Below, in pieces: positions 25,957 to 40,767 of a stretch of DNA of 64,000 nucleotides (the stretch's first letter is position 1; the number at the start of each line of letters is the position of its first letter). The stretch lies in NCBI RefSeq assembly GCF_006345805.1, contig NC_043000.1:97526001-97590000 (forward strand). Direction: 5' to 3'. The translations under genes and the position numbers were made by a program. The notes under the pieces were generated by a model. That model saw nothing but the letters and a program-made list of their open reading frames with translations. It was not told the DNA's origin and did no database searches. This stretch comes from Octopus sinensis (taxonomy: Eukaryota).

Positions 25957-26042
25957 CTCCCTGCTTCCATTTCCTGAGCGCCTATTAATAATAATACTGT
26001 AATTGTTCCATTGTTGTTGTTTTTTTGTTTCCCGTTTGGATT

Positions 26043-26096
<54 letters not shown>

Positions 26097-26098
<2 letters not shown>

Positions 26099-26485
26099 TT
26101 TTCTTTTCTTTTATTCTTTTACTTGATTAAATCATTTGACAGCGGCTATGCTGAGCACTGCATTGAACGGTTTTTTAGTCGAGGAAATCGACTCCCAGCA
26201 TTTATTCTTTGTAAGCCTAGTATTTGTTCTATCGTCACTTTTGCCGAACTGCTAAGTTATGGGAACCTAAACAAACTAACATCGGTTGTCAAGTGATGGT
26301 GGCGGGGACAAACACAGACGCAAAGATACACACACATAAATATATGTATTCGATGGTCTTCTTTCAGTTTTCGTCTGTCAAATCCACTTGCTATAGTAGA
26401 AGACACTTACCCAAGATACCACGCAGAAGGACTGAACCCGGAACCATGTGGTTGGGAAGCAAGCATCTTACCACTCAGCCACGCC
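26097..26485 (-). mobile_element. SINE family A
   Basis: A consensus with an internal deletion. Confidence 0.82.
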
Positions 26486-26758
26486 TAATGTACATATATG
26501 TGTGAATGTATACATATATGTGTATATGGGTGTGTGTGTGTGTGTGCGCGCCTGTATATAGACATGACCATTGATACAAACACAAATGCTTACGCGTGTG
26601 CATGCAGCTTTTTGCTGTCACACGTTTTCCGAATCTGGTTGCGATGCGTGATGAAAGAAGCAGTAAGGTAAACTAACGAACGTTACTAAATCCGGGTGGG
26701 TGCACGAAATTTACACTTCATAGGTAAATACAGAAACAAGTGTGTGTGTGTGTGTGTA

Positions 26759-26791
<33 letters not shown>

Positions 26792-26794
26792 GTA

Positions 26795-26799
<5 letters not shown>

Positions 26800-26825
<26 letters not shown>

Positions 26826-26941
26826 TGTGTATGTATACATACAAGCATATATGTACTTATATATATATACACACACACACACACATACATACAAATATAC
26901 ATTCATATATATATATGCACTTATACACGTATACGTATATG

Positions 26942-26994
<53 letters not shown>

Positions 26995-27025
26995 TGTGTA
27001 TGTATACATACAAGCATATATGTAC

Positions 27026-27058
<33 letters not shown>

Positions 27059-27116
27059 TGCATACAAATATACATTCATATATATATATATGCACTTATA
27101 CACGTATACGTATATG

Positions 27117-27155
<39 letters not shown>
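26800..27155. repeat. Tandem duplication of a ~170-bp compound microsatellite unit
   Basis: TACAAGCATATATGTACTTAT...GCACTTATACACGTATACGTATATGCAT occurs twice. Confidence 0.85.
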
Positions 27156-27156
<1 letters not shown>

Positions 27157-27627
27157 TGTGTGTGTGTGTGTGCACAATCACACGCGATTAGATAATCTGA
27201 TACGGGTGTGGATGATACCGAATTTGAATTGTAGTAGTAGGTAGTGATGGTGGTACTTGATGTCTACTTCAACTGCACGCACATTCAACACCGATAACCA
27301 CGCGCTCACACTCGCCCATACACGCACGTACCCACGCGAACACACACAAACACACACACACATACTTTTCTCTTTTTATTATATAATATTATATAACCGA
27401 GAAGGAAATCGATATGGCACATTTGCTAGGGTGTGGGGGCAAGTGACCTTATCACACCCATGCGTTGACCTACAGCTTCTGAGTTGAATTTGTTCACCGA
27501 AACTGTATGGAAGCCCGTTAGTTATTCTAATCTTGCAATTTATATATACATATATTCACATATATGTGTATATATACATATGTGTATATATACATTCACA
27601 CATATGTGTATATATACATTCACACAC

Positions 27628-28040
27628 AAGAGTGGCTGTGTGGTAAGAAGCTTGTTTACCAACCACATGGTTCCGGGTTCAGTCCCACTGCGTGGCACCT
27701 TGGGCAAGTGTCTTCTACTATAGCCTCGGGCCGACCAAAGCCTTGTGAGTGGATTTGGTAGACGGAAACTGAAAGAAGCCCGTCGTATATATGTATATAT
27801 ATATATGCGTGTATGTTTGTATGTTTGTGTTTGTCCCCCCCCCCAACATCGCTGGACAACCGATGCTGGTGTGTTTATGTCCCCTTCACTTAGCGGTTCG
27901 ACAAAAGAGACCGATAGAATAAGTACTGGGCTTACAAAAATAAGTCCCGGTGTCGAGTTGCTCGATTAAAGGCGGTGCTCCAGCATGGCCGCAGACAAAT
28001 GACTGAAACAAGTAAAAGAGAGGAAAGAGAGAGAAAGAGA
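27628..28040 (+). mobile_element. SINE family A, near consensus
   Basis: A head, body and tail. Confidence 0.9.
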
Positions 28041-28513
28041 TATATGTACATCAGGCGTGGCTGAGTAGTAAGAAGCTTGCTTCCCAACCACATGGTTCCA
28101 TGTTCAGTCCTTCTCTTGTAAAACTGCGTTGTACTAGTTATTTACATTCCTTTAACTTCTGATTTCAAATCGTTTCCTTATCCTCTTTGCCCTTTCTTCT
28201 TTCTGAGATCAACAATAATCCTTTTTTAATGAAGGCACAAGGCCTGAAGTTTATGAGGAGGAGATAAGTCGATTACATCGAGCCCATTGTTCAACAGGTA
28301 CTTACTTCATCTACAGCGGCGAAATTTGAACTCAGAACGCAATGAAGGGCGAAATGTCATCAAACATTTTGTTCGTCGTGCTAACGACTCTGATAGCGCG
28401 CCGCCTTCTGGGATCAATAATAAATGTTACAAATTTTGGCCCTGTAATGATACCAATTAAGTACTGAGGTCAATATGTAAATAAAAATGTTGCTCTAACC
28501 CAAAATTTTAAGG

Positions 28514-28569
<56 letters not shown>

Positions 28570-28572
<3 letters not shown>

Positions 28573-29060
28573 TCGGCCATGAATGGCCATGGGATTGCAA
28601 CTAGAATGTTACCCTCTGAAACACAAGTCTGGGCAAGATTGTTTATGGAAGACCAGCAGTCGCCCATACATACCAGCCTCCACTCTCCACGCCACCGATG
28701 TTATCCAAGAGAAAGGCAAAGGCCGATACAGCTTGGCACTAGTGACGTCGCTGCTCATTTATTAACGTGCAAGTGGTTGAGCACTCCACAGACACGTGTA
28801 CCCTTAAAGTAGTTCTCGGAAAGATTCAGCGTGACACAGAGTGTGACAAGGCGGGCCCTTTGAATTACAGGTACAAGAGAAACAGGAATAAAGATTGAGG
28901 GAAAGCTGCGGTGAAATAGTACAGCAGGGTTCAATACCACCCTCTGCCGAAGCCACGAGGAGCTTTAGGTGTTTTCATTCAATAAACACTCACAATGCCC
29001 GGTCTGGGAATCGAAACCGCAAGCCTACGACCGCGAGTCCGCTGCCCTAACCACTGGACC
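28570..29060 (-). mobile_element. Composite SINE family C (tRNA-like head)
   Basis: Minus head TGGTCCAGTGGTTAGGGCAGCGGACTCGCGGTCG...GTTTCGATTCCC; central block GAGCACTCC...GTACCCTTAA...GATTCAGCG..ACACAGA.TGTGACAAGG shared with 52620-52890. Confidence 0.7.
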
Positions 29061-29280
29061 ATATATATATATATATACATGCATACATATTTGTGTGTGT
29101 CTGTGTGTGTGTGTGCGTGTGTGTGTGTGTCTGTGTGTGTGTGCGTGCGTGTGTGTATGTGTGGATGTGTGTGTGTGGATGTGTTCTCGCCTGAAGGTCA
29201 CAGAATCGCGAAACTCAAATCGTGAGACAAACTCTCATTTCCAGTTTACATACACAACACACACACACACACACACACAT

Positions 29281-29338
<58 letters not shown>

Positions 29339-29341
<3 letters not shown>

Positions 29342-29505
29342 CGCAGGAGTGCCTGTGTAGTAAGAAGCTTGCTTCTCAATCACATGGGTCCGAGCTCAAT
29401 TCCGCTGCGTGGCACCTTGGCCAAGTGTCTTCTACTATAGCCTCGGGCCGACCAAAGTCTTGTGAGTGGATTTGGTAAATGGAATCTGAAGAAGCCCATT
29501 GTATA

Positions 29506-29557
<52 letters not shown>

Positions 29558-29693
29558 TGTCTGCTTGTTGGTGTATTTACAATATTGGTGTGTTTACGTC
29601 CCCGTAACTTAGCGGTTCGTCAAAAGAGACTGATAGAATAAGTACTAGGCTTACAAAGAATAAGTCCTGGAAACAAGTAAAAGAGTAAAAGAA
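29339..29693 (+). mobile_element. SINE family A
   Basis: A consensus. Confidence 0.87.
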
Positions 29694-29775
29694 TATATAT
29701 ATACATAATTTTTTTCGCAATGAGAAAAAAAAATACCAAGGCTGTGTAGGTTTTAGAACATGTATAGATAGAGGG

Positions 29776-29812
29776 TTTTACAGCTGTTTCCTGGATATCC
29801 CTTCATCAGAAA
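29776..29812 (-). ncRNA. Type I hammerhead motif
   Basis: TTT-CTGATGA-AGGGATATCCAG-GAAA-CAGCTG-TA-AAA: canonical core, palindromic ACAGCTGT stem III, GUA triplet; stem II imperfect, stem I only 3 bp. Confidence 0.6.
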
Positions 29813-30470
29813 TGAAAAATGTATGGTAAATAAACAAACGACATAACGTGTACTGAATGTAAAAATGAACGGGAAACAAACAGGAGGTTCGTAATTCTTC
29901 ATCAGTTATCGACCAACTAGTAATATTCAGTGTCACACTTTTAACGATAAGACTGACTGCTTCCCAATTGACGGTGTCCGCAAAAAAAAGTTTTCTTGTG
30001 GAGAATTAGGGACGAGAGCAAACGAAACAAAACATGCAAAGCGTCACCAAGTGTGATTTAGGACGATAGACAAGGACGAACACTCGAACAAAATACGGCC
30101 TTGGGGCCAAGGAGGCGGGAATAATGGGTAACGCTTAGAAAACGTCTTGAAGGATGATGAAGGGAGGAACGGAGAATTTGCAACTGGTCAGCTACGGGAC
30201 CAGTGTAAGAAACGAATGAAAAATGGAACTGACCACGGTTCACGTGACAACAGCAGACAGAGGAAGAAGACAGCAAGATAGAGGGAGAGAGAGCGACAGA
30301 GAAAAAAAGAAAGGGATGAAAGCAAAGGGGAAAGGCTAGGAACTCAAGAGGGGTAGTGAGCAAAGGACTAAGTAGAAAGGTTATAATAGAAGTGAGTGGG
30401 TGACAGAAAGAAAAGGGAAAAGAATAAAGGTAAAAAGAAGGAGTCACACGGGTATATAAAAATATATATC

Positions 30471-30556
<86 letters not shown>

Positions 30557-32794
30557 ACCATTTGATTTGCCCAGAAACATTAAACTACTGGACCCAATAC
30601 ATAATTGTAGGGCATATATTTTTTACCAAATTTTAACTGACTGGTTAAAAAATACCAATACTTCGAGTTGCCATCACCATTCTTTCACCTGACAATCTGA
30701 ACATGTTGCCTGTAAAAACATCGAATATTACAATATGTTTTCATGCATTTTATGAATATTTTCCACAAAAACGCAACTCTTTATATTTTTAAAAGTCGTG
30801 CTGACAAGGTTTTGTAAATAAAATAAGTGTTTCAAAATCCCATTTTCCATTCTTTTTCAGCTCTCATGGCTATACAATATTATCTAAACATCTTCGAGGC
30901 TTTTATTAATTGCTGTATATAGAATCCAACATAATGTGACGTATAACACTTTTAAACGATTCTTCTTTTAAGAATTTTTCTCGGCAGTTTGTTGAAAGCA
31001 ACTCTTTGAAAATGCTCATCCTATCACTAACTTTTCACTGAACTAGAATAAAAAGTAAAGGAGGCTCACACCTACACAAAAGTTGTTCAGTTTCGTGAAT
31101 ACAAAGAACCAACAATTCCGTTCTCTTGTTCAACATATCTCTATTTTGGAACTAAATTCTTGTCTTCTCACTGTAACAATGATAACACTGCATTTATGAT
31201 TTGAAACTTCTAATGCTTTTCTACAAGCTACAAAGTAATTTTGAAGTTATACAAACTCGTTTCACATAAGAACCAAATGTATTTCCATAAAGCTATGAGA
31301 GGGAGGGATCGTTAGAGCACCGGAGAAAACGCCTCGCTGTATTTTTTACCGGTCAACTTTGCCTCTCATCCCTTCGAGTTCGATGAAATTAAATACCAGT
31401 CAAGTACTGAGTTCGAGGCTATACATTAACCCTAGACTCTCAAAATTGCTAGCCTTATTCCTAATTTAAAAAGAAAGAGTTATAACGTCTGATACAACTA
31501 AAATTTTTACAGGCTGAATTTTAAGTTTCTAAATAACTATATTTGCACCGGCGAAAGCGCGTATGCTATTGAATTAACGAGTTTTCTAGCTATATTAATA
31601 CCCCTGATCGATTAACCACTGGATTTATTCCTTTTCCTATTCCTGGGTTTGTTTGGAATCTGTGTCTTTTTTGCTTTTTTTTTTTTTTTTGGAAGGCGCG
31701 GGAGCACAGCTTATATTCTCGGAGAATCTAATAGTTTTGTTATAATATCCAGCTACCCCTGCAATTCCATCGTGTTCAAAAGATACTGAAGATGCTTATT
31801 TACTAACATTTTCGACGAAGCTTTTCAAAAGGTTAACATGAGATGTGATCAGTTTGCTAAATGGTCTAAGACTTTTATTATTCAGTGCTCAAGTGTGTAT
31901 CCAGAAGATAAACGTTGATAAGGTTATTACGTATGATAAGGCTAAACCTTTTCCCTGAAATAATTTTATTAGATCTTTCCTGAATCTATGAAACTTAAGA
32001 CAGTTACAATTCTCGATAGAGTAAGGCCATCGTTGCAATATAAACCACAATTCATTTCAGGCAGTCTCTTTCTCAATAAATCAAGAATATTTCGCCCTAA
32101 AATTTGTCTTTATTATAACACCTTAATCGACTTCAGCAGTCATAAAAGGCAAACGATTACTAGAGAAATACAATTAACAAAGTGACATGTAGAGACATGT
32201 ATAATTTTTACCTGTACAAGTTTCGTTTCTTGCAATAATTAGAAATGGGTTCAGGGGAAATCTTTAATGAACACCCCTCGTAAGGCTTAGCGGGGTCAAT
32301 TAATCTCTAGTTAAGGTTGCACTCAACGTTTAATTTATGGTCTTTAAGTGTGAGTAAAAGGAACAAAGCTTTCTACCATATCATTTATCTTGAATTCTTC
32401 GTCTATTTGGTTTCTAGAGACGTATAAACCGCGTTTATAGATATTCTATAAATGGTTATTGAATATTCGTTAAAAGTGTTTTTATGCGTTCTAAAGGTCT
32501 TACAGAGCAGAATACCTGTTTAATCAGGGAATTCATGTTATTTATTTGATTTATGTAGAAAAATCAACTGCTCAGATAATTTATTTAGAAAGCTATTGTG
32601 TACTTTACGAAATTCAACCGCGTTTATGATGTTTAGAATGATTCTCTATAACCTTTGCCATATCTTTGTTATACTACGAATTTCTTTTATGTTGGTTCTG
32701 AAATTGAACTTAACGCTCTTACAAAGTAGCGGCTCCTATATATCAAAAAAATGTAGCTACTTCCTCATTCTTCTTATAAAATCTGCCGAGAGTG

Positions 32795-33211
32795 GAGACG
32801 CACAAGGAAACCAAACGAAAACAAACATGGAGGGTCATTAAACCAGAACGAGGGTAAAATTGCGAACGCCGGAGAAATATTTTCTTTGACAAGAGAAAAG
32901 ATAGAAGAAACAGATAGGATACGTCCAGTCGTTAGGACAATCGTGAAAGAAAAGAAAGATGATCACGTGAGAAAAAGAAAGATGGACGATGATCACGTGT
33001 GAGCAACGAGAGAAAGAAAGGGAGAAAGAGAGGGAGAGAGACAGATAGAAAATGTTGAAGGGAAGAAAAAAGGTAATTAGGGAAAGGATGAGAGAGATAA
33101 CGATGGGGGTGAAAACAGTATAGAGTAGAGTCGCATCAAAAGGATTAAGACAAGCTTATTTGGAAATGGATTGCGTGGCGTTCAATCAAATAATAATATA
33201 AATAATATATA

Positions 33212-33242
<31 letters not shown>

Positions 33243-33745
33243 GCATATATGGGTACAGAACGTCACCAACAGTAAACAACATGAAATATGAAAACAAATG
33301 ACTTCAATACACAAACAACGAGAGAAACAAATGGAGAACAGGAAAAGTAACATAAAGAACGACACTTCATCAGTTGTCAGCTATATATCTACGCCTCATT
33401 TCGAGCATTGAACGACAACATGAGTCTTTGAAGACAGTTGCTCCCATAAGTACCAAAATAAAATTTGGGATTTATGGAAGGTCAAAGTCGGGAACGAAAT
33501 CAGGACATTTGTGATACACAAGGAAACCGAACGAAAACAAACATGGAGAGTATTTGGACCACTACCAGGGTAAAAGAGCGAACGCTGGAGAAATATTTTC
33601 TTCAACAAGAGAAAAGATAGAAGAGAGAGATAGGATACGTCCAGTCATTAGGACAGTCCTAAAAGAAAAGATGATCACGTGAGGAAAAGAAAGGTAGCCG
33701 ATGGTCACGTGTGAGCAACGAGAGAGAGAAAAGGAGAAAGAGTGG
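32795..33745 (-). mobile_element. Two partial tandem copies of an unclassified repeat (strand inferred)
   Basis: CACAAGGAAACC.AACGAAAACAAACATGGAG...GATAGGATACGTCCAGTC.TTAGGACA...CACGTGTGAGCAACGAGAGA at ~32800-33030 and ~33515-33745. Confidence 0.65.
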
Positions 33746-33834
33746 TATTTCTCCTTTTCCCTCTCTCGTTGCTCATATGTATATATGCATGTATATATAT
33801 ATATATATCTATAAATATCTAATAATATCTAATA

Positions 33835-34595
<761 letters not shown>

Positions 34596-34741
34596 AAGCA
34601 TATGAAATAGTAATCGTAAGCAGAAATAACTAAAACTTACAAAGAACTCAATACCTAGATAAAACATTGTGATCTATAATAAACGTAGAAAACTGAATAA
34701 CCTGTTTATCTCAGTATCATAAAACCAGCCTTCAAACTTAG

Positions 34742-34780
34742 TTACTTTGATGAGTCGAAAGACGAAACTCGAATAAATAA
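34742..34780 (+). ncRNA. Degenerate type I hammerhead
   Basis: TTACT-TTGATGA-GTC(GAAA)GAC-GAAA-CTCGAA-TA-AATAA: textbook stem II; C3U change and single mismatches in stems I and III. Confidence 0.6.
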
Positions 34781-35044
34781 GCAATTTATTCAAATTTATT
34801 CAGTTATATAGATGCATACATTTGTATGTTTGTGTGTGTGTGTGGTGTGTGTATGTGTGTGTGTGTGTGTATGTGTGTGTGCGTGCAATACATGTGTACG
34901 AGTACACTCATATATGCGAATATAATAGTATGTAATACAAATACACACATATATGTATTCTGAGATATATATATATATATATACATACATACATATATAT
35001 ATATATACATATAAATACACACACACACACACACACACACACAC

Positions 35045-35078
<34 letters not shown>

Positions 35079-35574
35079 CATATATACACTCACACATACA
35101 TATATACACATATATACACACATATTTACAAATTGATATACACGGGCAATGTTTACACACACACACACACATACACATACGTAATGGTGGAGACTGATAA
35201 TTTAGCGCAGAAATATCTAATAATGTTTAACAATTACACGTTACGTCAAAGGTGATAGTTTTTCGTAGGAAACTAAGACACTTGAATTGCTAAAAAAATT
35301 TTTTTTAAGAAACAGAAAACTACCAAAACAACTGTTAACAAGCGAAACTATAAGAAGTCGGTTAATTAGAAATGAAAGATTGACGACAAGGATAATTAAG
35401 GGTGGAGTCGGTCTTCGGAATACTATAATTGTAGTATATTCTGGAACTAACATATTTTACAAGGATTTTAAACGAGGAAGTCGTTAGTAGAAGAAAAATA
35501 ATTCCTTGTATGCTTCTATGCTTTATGTGCTAAAGTGAACAACCTATGGCACGAATTTATGTATGTTTGTAGAC

Positions 35575-35649
35575 AGACAGACAAACAGACAGATAGACGA
35601 ACAGACAGACAGACAGAGAGGCAGACAGACAGACAGAGAGGTAGGTCGG

Positions 35650-35729
<80 letters not shown>

Positions 35730-35742
35730 GAGATAGATAGAT
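35575..35742. repeat. (GACA)n/(GATA)n microsatellite
   Basis: Read directly. Confidence 0.95.
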
Positions 35743-35839
35743 GTATACTTTATCATTTGAAATCTTCCTCAAGGGAAGGAGTTTGTTTCAAGTGAAGGAA
35801 CAAAACTCCATTAGTAAAATTTGGACAAAAAAAAAACAG

Positions 35840-36245
35840 AGGGCACAGGAGTGGCTGTGTGCTAAGTAGCTTGCTTACAAACCACATGGTTCTGGGTTCA
35901 GTCCAACTGCGTGGCACCATGGGCAAGTGTCTTCTACTATAGCCTCGGGCCAACCAAAGCCTTTTGGGTGGATTTGGTAGACGGAAACTGAAAGAAGCCC
36001 GTCGTATATATGTATATATATATATGTATGTGTGTGTATATGTTTGTGTCTGTGTTTGTCCCCCTCAACATCGCTTGACAACCGATACTGGTGTGTTTAC
36101 GTCCCCGTAACTTAGCGGTTCGGCAAAAAGAGACCGATAGAATAAGTACTAGACTAACAAAAATAAGTCCCGGGGTCGATTTGTTCGACTAAAGGCGGTG
36201 CTCCAGCATGGCCACAGTCAAATGACTGAAACAAAAAGTAAAAAA
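35840..36245 (+). mobile_element. SINE family A, full length
   Basis: A consensus. Confidence 0.9.
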
Positions 36246-36596
36246 AAGTATGTTAAACTTGAGGAAAGTTTTGCGTGTCTTTATTGTTCCACTTACAAGT
36301 TGTATTTACCAAGTGCATGTTTGCTAGTAATTATTTTGTTTGAAAATTCCAGACTTCCGAGACTGATACATAAACATTCACCAACATAATGAAGTGCTTC
36401 GATTTTTATCATCATCATCATCATCATCATCAAAGCAGTGAGCTGGCTAAATTGTTACCGCGTCGGACAAAATGCTTAGAAGCATTTCTTCTAGTTTTAC
36501 GTTCTGTGTTCAAATTCTGACGAGATTGCACTTTGCCTTTCATTCTTTCGGGCTTAACATAAATATCAGTCAAGTACTTAACATAAATATCAGTTA

Positions 36597-36935
36597 AGTA
36601 CTTCATTTTCCATAGCCGGGCTATTTCGTACTTAAGAGGGTTGTATCTATCTATCTTTGAGCCTTCCTTCTTGACTGTTCGTGAGTCAAAGGGGTATGCA
36701 ACATCAACTATATACCATATGTGGTGTACCTTGTCGACCACCCCAAGGTCCGGTCTGTTATGCTCTAGCACCTGATCTGTTTGGATTGGGAAATCCCAGA
36801 AGATTTTGCTAGTCTCCGATCCCACCACTCTCTGCAGTTTGTGCTCATACCACGTCTTGCCCCTCTTTAGCCCTCACTTTTCGCAGTTTCCAATGGAACA
36901 CATTCGCCACCTGGTCGTGTCGCCACACCTTGTAG
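36597..36935 (-). mobile_element. R4/Dong-clade LINE fragment (restriction-like endonuclease domain)
   Basis: RHDQVANVFHW...WYEHK...KIFWDFPIQTDQVLEHNRPDLGVVDK...IVDVAYPFD...KIDRYNPLKYEIARLW; abuts (TTA)n. Confidence 0.88.
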
Positions 36936-36937
36936 TA

Positions 36938-36992
<55 letters not shown>

Positions 36993-37195
36993 GAGTGAAA
37001 TAGTAGTGCATGTCATCAAAGTGACACTGGGGTAAAATATACGAAGCCCAGTATACTCATCATGACTACCCGTCTGATAAGGGTGGACCAGGCACATGCA
37101 TCACAACTACATGTGCGTGATATGGTGATCTCATATCATTATTATTATTATTATTATTATTATTGTTGTTGTTGTTGTTGTTGTTGTTGTTACTA

Positions 37196-37226
<31 letters not shown>

Positions 37227-37248
37227 TATTATATTATTATTATTATTA

Positions 37249-37285
<37 letters not shown>

Positions 37286-38753
37286 TACCATCAGAGTCGA
37301 GAAACTGAAGATTTGGAAGTAGTTTTTCATAATTAATTCTCACTGGAAGAAATATTCACATCTGCAGGGCAGCTGATCTCTGGTTAGACAGATGAATAGA
37401 TAGATAGTTGAATGGATGAATGGATAGTTAGGTAGATAGATAGATGGGTGTATGGATGGATGGATGGACGGACGATGCGTTGTGAAGTTAGCTTTGCAAA
37501 CACAATCTTCTGGATCGATTCCAACACATGGCATATTTGGTAAATGTCTACTATCATTTCCTCAGATCCACTCAAACATTTTAAGCAAAATTGGGTTGAC
37601 GGAAACGTTTGAAGCCCACCTGATGAACATATAATTTTTAAGCCCATTCTTGTCCTACATAATATCATGCTGGTTCTGCCTAAAAATCACTTTGTTTTTG
37701 TTTTTTGTCGTTGTCTTTTTGTGGTGGGGGTGCTATTTTTGTCTAACTCTAGATCCTTTTTATGATAGAAGGCATTCTAATTGTGATCACCTACACTTTC
37801 CTATCTCAAGCAGGTCGAAAAAATGACGTAAGGTGAGTTCCTCTTTTCGCTCGTTCAAGTGGTTCTGTTTTTATTGCTTTGACTGATTGATTGAAGTGAT
37901 TGATCAACTGAATTGACTGATTGACTGGAGTGATTAAATGATTAATCGATTTTCCGTTCTTGTTATCTCAAAAACTACTGAAACTAGGAAATCCAATTTC
38001 CTCTCTCAATGATTACTAAGCAAAACCTTTTTAAAATGCTTTATTATTTTTTTCCTTGTTTGTATTTTGATTTAGTTGCTCCGCTTTTTTTTTTATTCTT
38101 AACCATTTACTTCACTATAGATTACGCAGTCAATCTCAATTCATCATCCGATACATCACATGAGCTAACAGACACACTGAAATCAAAATCACTGGAAACG
38201 ACCAGAAGTAGAAATATTTTTACACATACAGTTAGAGAGCTGTATAATTTCTTTTATGTGTTTATGGATATTTTAGTTAATGCCTGAAAATACTAACCGC
38301 TTATATTGATATGGTAGTTCTATAAAATACATTCAATACCAAACGTATAAAAGTTGGTACTGTGAAACACATTCAATATTGACTGCATATGTAGATATAA
38401 TAGTCAACACTGCAAAACTGTCAAATACTGACTTCTTATATTGATATAATAGAACAGTACAACATTGGTTCTTGAAGTGACCAAATACCAGCACTACTCA
38501 AGGAAAAATATATTGGGGAAAACGCTTTGTACCCCAGTCCTCCATTAGTGAGAAGGCAGATTTTTACATTCAGAAAATTCTTTCTTCTCCAAGACGCTGA
38601 GCAAGGTCAAAAATTTAAAGCTAACTAATTTTATAAAATATAGTTATTAGTTTGCACCTTTTTCCTTCCTCACGGCGCCATACCATGAGTAATAGAAATA
38701 CTGGCTATATATGAAGATATCATTGCTCGCTGTGTAAAATATAATGAAATATT

Positions 38754-39155
38754 CTTTTCTACTCTGGGCACAAGGCCCGAAATTTTGGGGAAGGGGGCCA
38801 GTCGACTAGATCGACCCCAGTATGCAACTAGTACTAATTTTTTCGACTCCGAAAGGAGGAAAGGCAAAGTCGACCTCGGTGGAATTTGAACTCAGAACGT
38901 AGCGGCAGACGAAATACCTATTTCTTTACTACCCACAAGGGGCTAAACACAGAGAGGACAAACAAGGACAGACAAACGGATTAAGTCGATTATATCGACC
39001 CCAATGCGTAACTGGTACTTATTTAATCGACCCCGAAAGGATGAAAGGCAAAGTCGACCTCGGTGGAATTTGAACTCAGAACGTGGCGGCAGACGAAATA
39101 CTGCTAAGCATTTCGCCAAGCGTGCTAACGATTCTGCCAGCTCGCCGCCATAATC
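38754..39155 (-). mobile_element. Dimeric SINE family B with 12-bp TSD
   Basis: Two B bodies in tandem with different tails; TAATGAAATATT at 38742-38753 and 39156-39167. Confidence 0.85.
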
Positions 39156-39424
39156 TAATGAAATATTGACTATATAAAGGAGGCGTACTGAAAGTAATGC
39201 ATAAGTGAACATAGCTTCTTTTTTTATTCACTAACATTAGTTAAGGTGCACATTTTGGCATAACTCTTCCTCTATAGTAATTCTTTCTGTTCTTGATCGT
39301 TGTAGGCAAATTGTGGGTTCCAAGCAAAAGTTTGAGTAGTACCTTTATATAGTGAAAGAGTTACTCGAAAGAGATGCGCAATTTGAGCGACCTATATCAG
39401 TTTACATACATACGTGTATGTATG

Positions 39425-39755
39425 AATGTGTGGCAAGAAGTTTACTTCGTAGCCACAGGGTTCCTGAGTTCAGTCCCACTACGTGGCACTTGAGGCAAGT
39501 GTCTTCTGATATAGCTTCGCGCCGACCAAAGCCTTGTGAGTGGATTGGTAGATAGAAACTTAAAGAAGCCCGTCGAATATGCGTGTATGTGTGTGTTGTG
39601 TATGTTGTGTGTGTGCTTGTGTCCCCACCCCTGCCTGACAACCGGTGTTGGTATGTTTATGACCCAAAAACATGATGGTTCGGCAAAAGTGAGCGATAGA
39701 ATAAGTACTAGGCTTTTGAAAAAAGGGTGCTGGTGTCGATTTGTTCGACTACAAT
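39425..39755 (+). mobile_element. SINE family A, degraded
   Basis: A consensus. Confidence 0.78.
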
Positions 39756-40452
39756 TCTACAGAGATTATATATACAAATATACATACATAAGTATATATA
39801 TACATAATACGTACGTACATCTATCTATCAATTTATCTATCTGTGTGCAGCCCTGTGTGGCTAATAAAGAAACATATCTATCTATTTTCCGTTCTGCTAA
39901 ATTAGTAAAATATGCTTCGCTGAGGAGACCAAATAATAACGGAAACATGCCTACCGCTTTCCCCTGTCAGTTTTAAAGATCAGATCTTCTCCTCTCTACA
40001 TCATCTTTATTTTACAAAAATTTCGATTAGCTAATTCTATTGGCGTTATCTCCCTTGCTTGTTATTGAGATTTCAAACACTCCAAGAGGGAATATTTATT
40101 TACTAATTTCATAGAAAATTGTAGTTAACCGACGTTTTTCTTCAAACCGCGATGTTAAGTGAAACCCTACTGTACGTATATTTTGTATGTACGACGCTCT
40201 CCGTGAGGATTTACAACGTTCATATTGTTCACAACACGAATAATGCTGATTTTTGCTTTGTTGTTAAGTCTCTGGCCAGGTCTGATAGTAGCAGACTTAT
40301 GATCAAACTCTGACTACCATTTTCTTTTTTCCTTTATATATGTGTGGGTGAGGGGACGGAATGCAGAATTACATTGCTCAACGTCTTCTATTTTTTAGAC
40401 GGTAGGGTGCGATTTGAAGAAAATTTGGCTGTTTTTTTCTAAGCTCACTGGC

Positions 40453-40767
40453 CTTCTTCACTTCTTCTTCCTCTTTTTCCTCTGCCTCCTTTTCCTCTTC
40501 CACCTCCTTCTTTTCTTCCTCCTTTGTCTCTTCATCTGCCTTGGTCTCTTCTTCCTCTTTTTCCTTTTCGTCTTCCTATTCATCCGCTTCCTCCTCTTTT
40601 TCCTTTTCCCCTTCTTCTTCCTCCTCTTTTTCTTCCTCTTTTGTCTCTTCCTCTTTTGTCTCCTCTTCTTCCTCTTCTTTCTCCTCATTCTCTTCTTCCC
40701 CTCTTTCCCCTCTTCTTATTCTTCTTACTCTTTCTCTTCTTCTGCCTCTTCCTCCTTCTCTTCCTCC
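40453..40767. repeat. Polypyrimidine (CTT/CCT) low-complexity tract
   Basis: Read directly. Confidence 0.95.

Larger units (their letters stand above)
22520..26048 (+). mobile_element. 5'-truncated Penelope-like element with ~2.9-kb CA-rich 3' region
   Basis: GIY-YIG domain, degenerate (CA/TA) tract with two GC-rich islands, hammerhead motif, TTGGATTAA terminus into (TA)n. Confidence 0.75.

Noticed and set aside
33355-33410. Permuted (type II) hammerhead
   Set aside because: Stems I and II do not pair
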